The position numbers and the translations under genes were made by a program. Below, one piece after another: positions 11,779 through 23,345 of a stretch of 64,000 nt of DNA (position 1 is its first letter; each line of letters opens with the position of its first letter). This stretch comes from Rebecca billardiae RCC1528. Lineage: Eukaryota > Protista > Haptophyta. The notes beneath the pieces were generated by a model. It saw only the letters and a list, made by a program, of their open reading frames with translations, did not search any database and was not told the origin of the DNA. Where the stretch lies: NCBI GenBank assembly GCA_965240325.2, contig OZ251231.1:2356001-2420000 (forward strand), given 5' to 3'.

Positions 11779-12630
11779 ATGACGACGCTCGTCGTGACTG
11801 CCGTCGCCGCCGCGATCGGCTTCGCTGGCGCGCCGCGCCATGCTCGGACCACGGTGTCGAGCCGTGTGGCGATGCTAGGCGCTGATGACATCGCCACCGC
11901 CCAGGCAGACAGCCTGTCCAAAATCGAGTCGGGCTTCACCCTCTCCGAGCGGGACTTTGCCGATTCGCTCGACTGCGCCTCCTGGTCGCAGGGTGATTGG
12001 AAGGGCGACATCAAGGGCTGGGCGGGCGAGCCCAAGCTGGGCTGGGTGACGAGCGGCGTCACGCATGGCCCAGGAGGCGCGTGCTCTGCCGAGCTCAGCG
12101 CATGGGTCGCCCCGTCGTACGACTTGCCGCACCTGCTGCAGCGCATCGAGCTCACTGCGGCCGGCGAGCTCGAGCTCACGCTCGACTACATCGCGCGGTA
12201 CGACCTCCCGTCGGACCCGCAGTACCTGCAGGAGTACTACTTCTCGATCGCCGCCTGGCGTGACGAGGTGATCGGCTCGGTCGCCGGGGCCGCGCTCTCG
12301 ACTGCGCAGCCGGACGTGTTCACGCGCTGCATCAGCTCGCCGATGAAGCTCTCGCTCGTCATGCCAGGCACGGACGAGGCCCTTGCGGCAGCGAAGGCGG
12401 CGTGCGTGGCCAACACGGAGCGGTGGGTCGGGTGGTGGGAGGGCGTCGCCGAAGTCAACCGCATGAAGCGCGGAGGCCTCTTCTCGCGCGACACGAAGAT
12501 GCACCGCATGCGCTTCCAGTCGCACTCCGACGGGCTCTCGGCGGCCGGCCTCGACGCGGGGCTTGCTGAGCGCGTCGCGCAGGCGCTTGTCGGCCCGGGC
12601 GACGAGCAATACGTCGGCCAGGCAAGCTGA
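11779..12630 (+). CDS. Red chlorophyll catabolite reductase (RCCR)-like / ferredoxin-dependent bilin reductase fold protein, plastid-targeted
   Basis: WVAPSYDLPHL...LTLDYIARYDLPSDPQYLQEYY resembles the RCCR core; SP motif, WVGWW, C-terminal RD; signal peptide plus F-starting transit peptide (AIG-FAGAP). Confidence 0.65.
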   Translation: MTTLVVTAVAAAIGFAGAPRHARTTVSSRVAMLGADDIATAQADSLSKIESGFTLSERDFADSLDCASWSQGDWKGDIKGWAGEPKLGWVTSGVTHGPGGACSAELSAWVAPSYDLPHLLQRIELTAAGELELTLDYIARYDLPSDPQYLQEYYFSIAAWRDEVIGSVAGAALSTAQPDVFTRCISSPMKLSLVMPGTDEALAAAKAACVANTERWVGWWEGVAEVNRMKRGGLFSRDTKMHRMRFQSHSDGLSAAGLDAGLAERVAQALVGPGDEQYVGQAS

Positions 12631-14171
12631 GGAGGCACCGATGCGAGTGGGGCCAGCTGGCGTCACGCGCACCTGCTTCGGTTGTGCTGATATCGACTGG
12701 CGTCGACTCTGGAGTGAGCCGGGGTCTCACGCCATCGGCATCGCGTCTTCGCCCGTTACATGGCTCATCAGGCAGGCTGCACTGTCCGTCTGTCGTAGAA
12801 TTTGACTGCTAGCTGCCCGAATCATTCCGGAAGCAGATTATATATTTATAATTACAACAATATTATTCGCGGTTAGTATTAATAGTATTATAATAATACA
12901 TTATCATTATATATATAATGAATAAATAAAGTAATACTGCATGATGAGACTACTGAGCGCTATTATAAATATAATTGAAATTCTGCTGCCGTGTGAGCCG
13001 TGCCGCAGTCAAACTAGTTACGGTACGTACGGTCCGTGATGACGTGACGACGATATGTGCTGCCTCGTCACGACGTCTGATCCGATCATCAGATTGCACC
13101 CTCAGATGTCGCATGCTGGCGCTGCAGTTACCATCGCATCAGACAGCTCGGGCCGTCGCACCTAGACTCGCCAACTGACAGTAGTATACTCGTGATGTGA
13201 CGCGGCCGGCTCCGGTCACTGTCCGGGACGTCCAGCAGGGGTGCATTCAGACTCTCTGGGGGGGTCTGGGGGGGGCTCTCCCCAGCCGATCGAAGGACCA
13301 AATACGCCTCAATAAGGCCCCAACTCGCCAGAATTCGCATAGCAGACCGTGTTCGCTGGTGTTGGCTGAGGGCTGCGTCGTGCGGCGTCGGCTCTGCGCC
13401 GGGCGGCCATGACGCATTACACACAGCCCCGATATCGGCGCCTCCCTCGCGAGTCAAGACGTAGCGCAGTGCAGGATCGAGCAACGCATTGACCGCTGCG
13501 GCGCACCGCGCAGGCCACGCCGCACCTCAGCACTCGCGAACAAGCTCTGAGCCAGCCAGCTGTGGCAGTCCTCTGAGGAGCTGCAGCCAAGCACGAGCTC
13601 GTGCGCATACCCGTGGCACCACGAGCTGACGGCGCGGCCCGGGGCGCGAGCAGCTAGAAGCCGACAAGCTCATGCGCACGCCCGCACCGCCGCGAGGTGT
13701 GGCCGCCGGCGCGAGCAGCTCGACGCGGATAGCGCGCAGCTTGCTCGAGTCGACGAGCAGCTTCTCGCCCATCGGTGACTCTCAGTGCACGAAGGTGCAC
13801 CCGGGGCGCGAGCGCGACAGGGTGCCGCGGCCAACCAGCGGATGCGCCCGGATCAAGGCCTCCAAGGCGTCTCGTCTCCTCGCCCGCTCGGCGGAGCTCC
13901 ATCGTGCGAGAGACCGGTCCGGGAGCCCCAAAAAAAGTTCAGCACGATGGAGTCCTCCGTGTTCGACTGTGACGACGCGTTCAAGGACAAAGAAACATAC
14001 GAAATCGTCTGCGGCTTCGGTTTTGAACCTGCGGCTTCGTCCGCCGCCCCGGAGATCTTTCGATTGGTACCCTCATCGCTCCCTGGCTCCCAGGGGTTCG
14101 TCTAAATGCACCCCCCCCATAGGGTCAGTGGACGTCCCTGACTGTGGCTGGAGCCGGCCCGGCGCAGCCAG

Positions 14172-15293
14172 TCACTCGCGAGGCACAACCTCCTCATCCC
14201 AGCGCGGATCCCCGGTCTCGAGCACGACGACGCGCTCACCCGTGGAGATCGAGCCCGTGCACGCGAACGGAACGAGGTTCTGCCCAAAGTAGTAGTTGTC
14301 GCCAAACTTGCGGAAGGTGGCCAGGGTAGCGAGCGGCTCTGGCAAGCCTGCCCCGGCGCCGGTCGTGCCCGGGCGTGCGCTGGCGCGTTCGCCGCTGAGC
14401 TGATCGACAGTCGGGATCTTGCATCGGCCGCACCCCTTCACGCCGGCGAACTCGACCTCGCCAATGCGCACGCGCTTCCACGTGTCCTCCTCGAACGGCT
14501 CGCGCGTGCGCACGACCACGTTGGCCCGGAAGCGGTCGGCGGGCACTGCGTGCTCGCCGGCCGAGCGCAGCCGGCGGTTGAGCTCGGCCAGGGAGGCCGT
14601 GCCAACGAGGAGCAGCGGGTACCCGTCGCCGAAGGCGACCTGTGCTGGCTTGCCACCCGGCCGCTGCACTGCGTGGGGCACGTAGCGGGTGTTTACGTCG
14701 CGCTCGAAGCGCGGCCCTGTCCAGCACAGCCGGGCACCCCGAGTGCGCAGCCACCACGAGAGCCAGCCCTCGATGTCCTTGCCTCCGACGGCGTATGCGC
14801 ACGGCGTGTCGGACCAGATGCCGACGCGTACGGAGGCGAGGTCGCGCGCATCCTTGGGGACGAGGAAGACGATGGAGCGTGGCGGTGCAAGGGGCCACGC
14901 GCCCCACGCCTCGCGCCAGCCCGGGGCGCCCCGCCAACTCAGCGTGAGCTGCAGGCAGTCGGCGGCATCGGCTACGTCGACATCGAGGAGTGCCATGCGC
15001 GGCTGCTGACGCTGCGTCAGGAAGCGTGCCTCACCGGCGGCATCGCGATACACCATGAAGCGCCGGTCGCCGACCAATCCCCACTCGTCAACGGCCGCTG
15101 AGCTCACCTGCTGGCCGGCGCACGACTTTATGGGATACACGTGCATTGACTCGACGACACGCGCGCCGTCGTCAGCCGCAAGAGGCAGGTCCACGGCGGC
15201 TCGCGGAGGGGCCACTGCGCGGCGACGCCAGCGGATCACCCACAGGGCGACGGCAGCGCCCGCACCCGCCACGAGGGCTATGCGGTGAGCCAT
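14172..15293 (-). CDS. MOSC-domain molybdenum-cofactor protein (mARC-like)
   Basis: N-terminal TM anchor, YPIKSCAG, DRRFMV, FGDGYPLLL, RFRANVVV, EEDTW, CGRCKIPTVD, FGQNL. Confidence 0.92.
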   Translation of the reverse strand: MAHRIALVAGAGAAVALWVIRWRRRAVAPPRAAVDLPLAADDGARVVESMHVYPIKSCAGQQVSSAAVDEWGLVGDRRFMVYRDAAGEARFLTQRQQPRMALLDVDVADAADCLQLTLSWRGAPGWREAWGAWPLAPPRSIVFLVPKDARDLASVRVGIWSDTPCAYAVGGKDIEGWLSWWLRTRGARLCWTGPRFERDVNTRYVPHAVQRPGGKPAQVAFGDGYPLLLVGTASLAELNRRLRSAGEHAVPADRFRANVVVRTREPFEEDTWKRVRIGEVEFAGVKGCGRCKIPTVDQLSGERASARPGTTGAGAGLPEPLATLATFRKFGDNYYFGQNLVPFACTGSISTGERVVVLETGDPRWDEEVVPRE

Positions 15294-15724
15294 GTGGTCG
15301 TCGCGCGCGGACAGAAACTAGAAAGACGATGGCCGCGCGCCTTGCTCGCACCGCCAACCAACGGCGCGATGGCGAATCGGTGACTGCCTCTAATAATACA
15401 GCTAATTTATTGTACGTACAATACAGTGTAGTTAGTAAGTGCCTGACGAACGTGTTCTTGCGACTTGCGTGGCCCCAGACTACTATTGTACGGAACACGG
15501 GGATCACGCGGCGCGGGTATTCGGGGTCATGGGACTGGGGACTCGACTCCAAACTGGCATAGTAGACTGTGCGCGCATGCGATTGCGGCGTCGGGCGGCT
15601 CGGGCCTCCGCGACCGTGAGCGGTGAGAGAGTCACGGAGAGTGACGCAGAAATGCCAGAATCACCCGCCGATTCGGACAACTCCCGGCTGCGCCAGGCTG
15701 AGGCGGCGATGCCGCCAGTCGATG

Positions 15725-16606
15725 TCAGCGGTGGTGGATAGCCTCAGCCTGCTGCTCGCCGACACCGGTGTCGACGGAATGCGCGTGCTGCAGCGAGAGC
15801 AGGGCGGCGAAGATGACATCGACGCCGTCCATAAATAGGACGCGGTGCCCGTTGGGCACAAACAGGTAGTTGAAGATCGCGACCGCGGGCAGGATGCGCC
15901 ATCCCGTGAGCTGCATCGACCAGAGCTCGTCCACCATGGAGCTCGCCATCTCCCCGGCCGTGTCGAGGATCGTCTCGGCCGAGATGGCGCCCGCCGTGGC
16001 CAGCCCGTGCGCGCCGCCGCCGAGCAGCGTGAGCGACAGAACGTAAGCGCTGTTGTCCAAGAAGAGGAAAATGGTGTTGTCAAGCAGCACCTTTGCGGGC
16101 ACGTCGAGCGAGTCGTGCGCGGCGACCCACTCGTAATAAAAGTACGTCAGCGGGCCGAGGAAGAGGCAGCCCGCCGCGAATGCGCGGACGAGGCGCATGC
16201 CGCTCACGCTGCGCAGCGCAGCGCCGAGCTCGGACATGGAGCTGTCGCGCGCCCCCACTGCGCCGTCTTCCTGGCCACGACGGCGCATGCGCTCGACGGT
16301 CTGCGCGGCGAGATCGCCGAGGAAGAACGTCAGCCCCGTCACCAGCGCATTCGTTTCTAGTGGCGCGACGCTGAGCTCGTGCTCAAAAGCCGTTGCCAGT
16401 GACTGCACGCCAGTTGCGAGCACGTCAACGCCCGCGCGGACCTCCGCGCGCGCCGGCGCGTCGCGGCGCACGGGCAGCGAGCGCGGCGAGGATGTGCGCG
16501 AGATCGGGACCGGCCGATTGAACGCGAGCGCCTGCGGCATTCTCGAGCATGCCAACGCGACGACGAGCAGCGTCCACAAGGGGTGTGTCGCCCAACGCCT
16601 GGACAT
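15725..16606 (-). CDS. Mpv17/PMP22 family membrane protein, probably plastid-targeted
   Basis: PLETNALVTGLTFFLGDLAAQ, KVLLDNTIF, GWRILPAVAIFNYLFVP..RVLF; signal peptide ending ALA-F. Confidence 0.85.
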   Translation of the reverse strand: MSRRWATHPLWTLLVVALACSRMPQALAFNRPVPISRTSSPRSLPVRRDAPARAEVRAGVDVLATGVQSLATAFEHELSVAPLETNALVTGLTFFLGDLAAQTVERMRRRGQEDGAVGARDSSMSELGAALRSVSGMRLVRAFAAGCLFLGPLTYFYYEWVAAHDSLDVPAKVLLDNTIFLFLDNSAYVLSLTLLGGGAHGLATAGAISAETILDTAGEMASSMVDELWSMQLTGWRILPAVAIFNYLFVPNGHRVLFMDGVDVIFAALLSLQHAHSVDTGVGEQQAEAIHHR

Positions 16607-17052
16607 CGGCTTTGAGTCGGCGGCCGCGAGCCGCGCTGCGGCCGACGAGATTGTGAGTTGACAGAGTGCGAATTGAAATGGGGCGCGGCGCTTCACTGAT
16701 TGTTGATTATGTGGGGCCGCGGGAGCGCTCCCCATTGGCCATCAGCAGCCCATAATCATTGATTGGTTGTCGTCTCTTATTCGTCTGGTTCAGGTTATGG
16801 TTACGCCGTTGCGGCGCATGTGTATCACGGCACACACATGAAACGACATCACCATACAGGATAGAAAAACGGTTGTGATACTTCGGCCTTCTACCTATAC
16901 CGCAACGGTTCAGGCTCAGGCAAGTGATGCTGACGAAACACAGGCCTATCTGGATTTTGGTGATTTTCTCGGATTTTGGAACTCGCGCGGTCTTTTTTTT
17001 TCCCGGTTTGCAAACCGCGGCGGCCTCCACCCGCTGCGAGCCTTGTACGGCG

Positions 17053-20000
17053 ATGTCGTCGCCGCGGCGACGCGGCGCGTTCCCGCTCATCGCCGTCGTG
17101 CTGGTGGGCGCCCTCTCGCGAGGCGCCGCGGCCACCGAGGCTGATACGCTCTCTCCCCTTGAGCGCACCTACGGGCAGGCGGCGGCCGCGTTCAACTCGG
17201 GCGACTTTGTGAGCGCCGCCTCTCTGTTCGAGCAGGCCTTGCGCATGCTGCCAGCTGAGAAGGAGCACCTGCGCGCGGGCATCGAGGGCGTCGCCGCCAA
17301 GGCGCGAGCCCATGTCGCGCATCTACCGCCGGCCGAGCCGCATCCTCTCGCCAGCGCGCCCGAGCCGCCCCCCGAGCCGCCGCAGACGCGCACGAGCGCC
17401 TGCGCGGCCGCCGACTCGGCATGCGCAGCGGATGGCGCGCCGCCGCTGCACGACGTGCTCGAGGCGTGCGTCGACGCGGGCGAGCCCTCGGGCGCCGATG
17501 CCACGGTCCATTCGGAAGTCACGCTGGGTATCTGCGCCGTCGCCACCTCGGGCACGAACGCGCAGCTTTACGACTGGGCGCATGCGCTGCTCTGTGCGGG
17601 CGCGGCGCGCATCGAGCTGCTCGACGCGCGCACGGCGTCAGCCGTGGAGCGCGACACGCTCGCGTGGGCGTTTGAGCCACTGCTTGCCGACGGGAAGCTC
17701 GTCCTCACGAATGCGACGGCGGGCGACGAGCTGCCTGACGGCGTCCCGGGCTGCGCGCCCGCACCTGCGTCTGCGCCGCACGCGCGGTGGGCGTTTGCCG
17801 GCGCAGGCGGCGCGGGTGCGCGCGAGGACGCCCGCTGGCTGCTCACGCGCGCGGAGGAGGGCCTGTGCTCCGAGGACGAGGAGCGCGCGCGCGGCTTCTG
17901 GCGCGCGTGCACCGCGCGCAACGCCGACCTGCGCTGGGTCGCGCACGCGCGCGCGCCGCACGAGCTGCTGCTGCCGGCAGCGAGGCTGGCGCCGGCCGGC
18001 GCGGCGGGGCCGCCACGTCCGGGGACGCCGATCGGCGCGGCGATCGAGGCACACGCGCGCGCGCTGTGCGCCAGCGGGCTCGGCGATGTGCGGCATGGGC
18101 CGACCTCGCGCCCGCACGCCACGAGCGTGCGCCTGCCCCTCATCTCGCTGGCTGAGTATGGCGGCGCGCGCGCCGACGCGGCGCGCGACGCCGCGGCCGC
18201 GGCCCCTCACGCGCCGCCGCGCCCACTGCTCGCCACGCACGTGCACCGCGCGCGAGAGTGGGGCCGCTGCGCGGTGGGCGGGGGCGCGACGTGCGCGTCT
18301 GAGCTCGAGACGATGCTCGTCGTGCGCCCGGGCGCGTGGTGCGCCGGCGCGCCGCGCGGGCTCAGCCTGGCCCTCGACCCGCGCGCTGCCGAGCCGCCCG
18401 CTGCGGCGCCCGCATCCGAGGGCGGCCGTGCAGCGGGCGCGGTGCCGGACGCGCCGCCGCCGCTCCGCGCGCTGCGGCTCGTGCCGAGCGCGGCGAGCGG
18501 CGAGGCCCACGACGAGGGCGGCCCCGACGCAGACCCCGCGCGCGACGTGACCGACTGGTGGGGCCGACACCACCTGATGGCGTGCGACGCGCACGACCTC
18601 CACTTGCGCGCCGCAGGCGGCGAGGGCGCGGGCGCGGGCGGCGCCGAGCCAGCCGGCGGCGCGCCGCCGCCGCAGCCCGCGTGGGTGGAGGATGCGCTGG
18701 GGCGCATCGTGCACGGCGACGGCCTCTTCGTGCTGAAGGACGTCGGCTCTCGCGCGCAGCTCTCCGAGCTGCGCACCGCCTTCCTCCGCCACATCCCGCC
18801 CGAGCGGCACCACCGGCGCACGCAGGGCTTTGTGAACCACATGTGCCAGACGGTGCACGGCGTGGCCGTCTCGCCAGGGAACGACCCGCGCTGCGAGCCG
18901 ATGGACGCGCGCTTCTTCGCGCTCGCGCACGAGCCGCGCGTGCTCGCGCTCGCGCGCGCGCTGCTCGGGCCCGACTGCATCCTGCACAACGCCGGCGTCT
19001 CCCTCGTCGGCGACGGCAGTCCGGCCAGCGCGATCGGCGCGCACCAGGACCAGCCGCTGCCGACCGACAAGACGGCCATCTGGGGCGGGCGCGTGCCGCC
19101 GCCCTCGCACCCGCTCGCGCTGCAGGCGATCTGGCCGCTTGACGAGTTCGAGTACGAGAACGGCGCGACGTTCGTGATGCCGCGCACGCACCACCGCCCC
19201 GAGCGCCTCGACGCCTGGCTGCACAACGCCACCGACGTCGTGCGCTCGGGCCTCTTCCCTGTGCGCTTCCTGACGGGCGGCGTGGGCGATGTTGGCTTTC
19301 TGCTCGGCACCGCGTGGCACGGCGCGTCGAGCCACGTGCGGGCGCGGCGCGAGGTGGGCGGGAGGCCGCGGCTCGCGCTGCTGTACGAGTACGCGCCGTC
19401 GTTCGTCGCCGCGCAGCACCGCTACCCGCCCCAGCTCGTCGCGCGCCTCGTGCCGCCCGCGCAGCGCGCGCTCTTCCCGCAACTCGACATGCCAGAGGCG
19501 GTGGCGCGCGACGAGGTGGCCGCGGCGGCCGCGGGCGCGGGCGGCGAGTGCGCGGACGGCGGGCTCGAGTACGTGTCGGTGTGGCAGTGGCCCGCAGCGA
19601 TGCGCGAGCGCCCGCACTGCGCGCGCCTCTCCACCCGCGTCGTGCTGCGCGGCGGCCGCGTCGCCATGCCCGTCTTCGGCCTCGGCACCGGCTCGCCGGA
19701 CGACGAGCCGGCCGTGATCGGCGCGGCCGTGCGCGCGGGCTACCGGCTGATCGACACGGGGCAGCTGTACGGCAACGAGCACATCGTGCGCGAGGGCGTG
19801 CGGCTGAGCGGCGTGCACCGGGAGGCCATCTTCCTCGCCTCGAAGGCGGGCGAGTGGTGCCCCGGCTGGTTCCCCACGCCGCGCGAGACGCTCGCGCGCG
19901 CCGTGTGCATCGGCGGCTACGAGCGCACGCGCGAGGCGGTGCGCGCCTCCCTCGCCAAGCTGGGCACCGAGTACGTCGACCTGTACCTGCTGCACTGGCC

Positions 20001-20732
20001 GATGGGGCTGGACGCGCGGCGCGAGCCGCCCGAGGACGACGAGCGCTCGCCGCTGCGCCTCGACGACCCCGCGCACCGCGACGCGCGGCTCGGAGCGTGG
20101 CGCGCGCTCGTCGAGCTGCAGCGCGAGGGCGCGCTGCGCGCCATCGGCGTCTCCAACTGGTCCGAGCGTCAGATGGAGGAGGCGCGCGCGCACACGGGCG
20201 TGCTGCCGGCCGTGCTGCAGATGGAGATGCACCCGCTGCTGCAGCGGCCGCAGCTGCGCGCCTTCTGCGAGCGCAACGGGATCCTCGTGCAGGTGCCGTG
20301 CGCCGCGCGCCCGCCCGAACGCCCGCGCGCGCCACACCACCGCGCGCGGCGCGCCCGGCACTCGCGCGCCCACTCGGCCTGGCTCGACACGCGCACCACC
20401 CGCGCGCCGCGGCACCGCAGGCGTACGGCAACCACCACGAGCGCGTGCGCGAGCTGCCGCTGCTCAAGCAGCTCGCCGCGTCGAGCGCGCACCTCGCCTC
20501 GCTCTCGCCTGAGCCGGTCGGCCTCCTCTCAATGCGCTGGGCGCTGCACTCGGCCGCCGCCATCCTGCCGCGCTCGCGCAAGCCGGCGTACATCGAGGCG
20601 AACAAGCACGTGTTCTGGCCCGGCTTCCGCCAGCTGCTCAGCGCCGAGGCGATGGAGCAGATCGTGGCGCTCGATGCCAACACGAGCCTGTACGGCGCTC
20701 ACCACCTCTTCGTCACCGACGCCATCCTGTGA
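17053..20732 (+). CDS. Secreted fusion: TPR-like / PhyH-family Fe(II)-2OG dioxygenase / aldo-keto reductase (1 intron, 20293..20420)
   Basis: Signal peptide; PhyH HQD, NGAT, WHG; AKR GLGT, IDTGQLYGNE, ASK, YVDLYLLHWP, IGVSNW, QMEMHP; splicing restores ILVQ|AYG and the AKR C-terminus. Confidence 0.85.
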
Positions 20733-21326
20733 TTGGTCGCACCGTTGAGCTTTATGCCACGAGTCCACGACCGACGCGGCGCGGCGATATCCATCTGGTC
20801 TGCGCTGGACTTCGATGGCCCGGCGGACGATATATTTCATAGTTATAGGGGTCGCGTCGTTCATCCAACTCCAAGCCTTGACCAGTCGATCGACAACAGT
20901 GTGAGTGTCCACTGTCCAGTCCGCCAGCACTGCTGCTCGTCATCGTATACGTCATATCATATCGGATCACTCCGTCCGTCGTAGTCCGTTCATACCGTTG
21001 ACGGTTGAGTTGAGTCTGAACTGCTCATTTGAGTCATTATCATCAAGACGGACTTATGGCGCTGATGCGCTGACTGTCGAGTACACGTACGGTCGTCAGC
21101 AGTGAGCAGACTGTACTAGACGTATATATGGTGCGTCCGCTGGCGGTCGTCTTAACAACAATAAGTATTATAGTAGCAACACAGCCGCTTATATAGAGCT
21201 CTACTATACAGACTACAGTTCTGACAGCGCAGTGTGACAGCGCGCCGCAGCGCCTAAGCCGAAGCGGAGATGAACTGCGCGCGCAGGCGCGCATGCGACT
21301 CCAGAGCGTTCCCGGCGGTGTTGTGC

Positions 21327-23165
21327 TCAGCTGCTCGGGGGCGCCAGCGTGTACGAGCCCAGCCCCAGCTCCGAGCCGCTGCTGCTCGGCGTCGGCCCCT
21401 CTGTGCGAATGGGCGGCAGGCCACCCGGCCGCGCCGGGTGCGCGCCCGGCCCCGCCGAGCCCTGGGCGGACGCGGCGCAGGCGGAGTCGATATTGGAGAC
21501 GAGCAGCGGCTCCGTGGCAGGCGCGCGCGTGAGCGCCTCGGCGGACAGGTGCGGCATCAGCGCGGGCGCGGAGGGATGCGCCAGGTTCGGCACGGCCAAC
21601 GTCCGCCCCGTCCCACGGTGGACGGCGCGCCACTCTGCGCGCCAACGGATGCAGCCGTCGATGCACGCGAGGACGGCCAGGAGCGCGGCGACGGCGGCGG
21701 CGGTGTACGCGAGCAGCCGGAAGTGGCGCAGCGCGTCGACGGTCACCCCGCGCACGGTGAGCTGCACCACCGCCTGCGTGAGCGAGATCGCCAGCTGGCA
21801 CGCCACGAGCGCCGAGAGGAAGTGGCGGCAGCCGGCGGCATCAAGCAGCACGGCTATCTGCGCGACGCTCGCCGTGCGCGTGAACTCGAAGAGCGCCTGG
21901 CAGAGGGTGAAGAGGACGTACGCGCTGGGCAGCCGCGGGAGCACGTCGGGCACGTGCGCCGCCTCGCCGAGCGCGCCGAGCAGCACCGCGCCGAGCGCGC
22001 TCGCCGCCGTGCTCACCAGCGGCGCGTGGTGCAGCACCCGCCCCTCCACAGCCGGGTGCGCCGCGAGCGCGCACGCGAGCGAGCCGAGCACGTACGAGCC
22101 GCCGAGGACGAGGCCGTTCCAGCGAGAGGAGGGGTCGTCGGCGGCGCGCGGCGCGTGCGGCCGCGCCGGCTCGTCCAGCTCGGACACCACCGCGAACAGC
22201 GCCTGGTAGTACGTGAGCATCAGCTGCTGCGTCGCCGCCAGCACCACATACCACAGCAGGAGGCACGCGAGCCGCAGGTCGCGCTGCGAGCGCGCCGTGT
22301 GCCACAGGTCGGCGATCGCGCGGCGGACGCCGAGGGTGCCGTGCGCGGGCCACGAGCGCGGCGTGTTGTCCAGCACCGCGCGAGGCATGTCCAGGCGCGG
22401 CATCCCCGCCGCGCCGCTCGGCGCGCTCGACTGCGGGTCGGCGCCCGCCGCGCCGCCGTGCGAGGCGTCGCCGCCCGCAGAGAGGCGGCGCCGGCCCCAG
22501 GCGAGGTACTCTCCGCAGCGGCCGGTGTCGAGCCGCCTGGCTGGGAGGAGGAGCGACACGCAGAAGCCGGCGCTGTGGCACCCGAGCGTGATGTACGCGA
22601 GCACGCGCAGCCGCACGTCGCACGCCACGAGCAGCTGGCCGCCCACGGCTGATGCGGCCGAGCCGACGAGCACGCACATGCGCACGACAGAGATGGCGCG
22701 CTGGTACTCGGACGGGGGGAGCACCTCGAAGAGGAGCGCGGGGAGCACCGTGGTCTTCGCCACGAAGAAGAAGGCGAAGCACACCTGGTCCACCTGCATC
22801 ATCAGCACGTCGCCACGCGGCACGAGCACAATGATGGCCGCCGCGGCGAGCCGCGCGAGCGCGCCGAGCACCACCGTCCGCTTATGGCCGAGCAGGTCCG
22901 AGCACGCGAGCGCGGCCGGGAGGCAGGCGAAGGTGCCGTACGTCCACACGGGCAGCACCGAGCCGACGAGCTCCGCCGGCGTGAACCCCTTCGAGCGCTC
23001 CAAGAACTCGAACAGGTACGCCTCCGAGGGCGAGAAGAAGGAAAGGAGCGGGTACGCTGCGAGGGCGAACCAGTGGCGGCGGCGGAGGAGGATGCTGGGC
23101 TGGCGCAGAGGCAGCAGCAGCGGCGTCGCGTACGGTGTCGTCGCCGGCGAGCATGAGGCCAGCAT
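21327..23165 (-). CDS. SLC19 (reduced folate/thiamine carrier) family transporter
   Basis: SPSEAYLFEFL..KGFT..VLPVWTY, WNG motif, about 12 TM segments. Confidence 0.82.
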   Translation of the reverse strand: MLASCSPATTPYATPLLLPLRQPSILLRRRHWFALAAYPLLSFFSPSEAYLFEFLERSKGFTPAELVGSVLPVWTYGTFACLPAALACSDLLGHKRTVVLGALARLAAAAIIVLVPRGDVLMMQVDQVCFAFFFVAKTTVLPALLFEVLPPSEYQRAISVVRMCVLVGSAASAVGGQLLVACDVRLRVLAYITLGCHSAGFCVSLLLPARRLDTGRCGEYLAWGRRRLSAGGDASHGGAAGADPQSSAPSGAAGMPRLDMPRAVLDNTPRSWPAHGTLGVRRAIADLWHTARSQRDLRLACLLLWYVVLAATQQLMLTYYQALFAVVSELDEPARPHAPRAADDPSSRWNGLVLGGSYVLGSLACALAAHPAVEGRVLHHAPLVSTAASALGAVLLGALGEAAHVPDVLPRLPSAYVLFTLCQALFEFTRTASVAQIAVLLDAAGCRHFLSALVACQLAISLTQAVVQLTVRGVTVDALRHFRLLAYTAAAVAALLAVLACIDGCIRWRAEWRAVHRGTGRTLAVPNLAHPSAPALMPHLSAEALTRAPATEPLLVSNIDSACAASAQGSAGPGAHPARPGGLPPIRTEGPTPSSSGSELGLGSYTLAPPSS

Positions 23166-23345
23166 GGTCCGCGACCGCCGCCGCGACGGGCGCCCGGTCG
23201 GAGAAGCGTACGATCGGTCTCGTCACGTTGCTCAGGCCCGTCCTTGGTGCAGCGCCCGCCGCCGGCCGGGGCGGGGGGGAGAGAGCGGCAAAGCGTCGTC
23301 GGCAGGGTGGCTGCTCGAGCATGCCCGCTCGCGGGTCGAGTGTCA

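Noticed and set aside
17638-20683. Long antisense/alternate-frame ORFs (925 aa, 773 aa; likewise 42519..45410, 43925..46225)
   Set aside because: Arg/Ala/Gly-rich shadow ORFs expected at very high GC; no motifs
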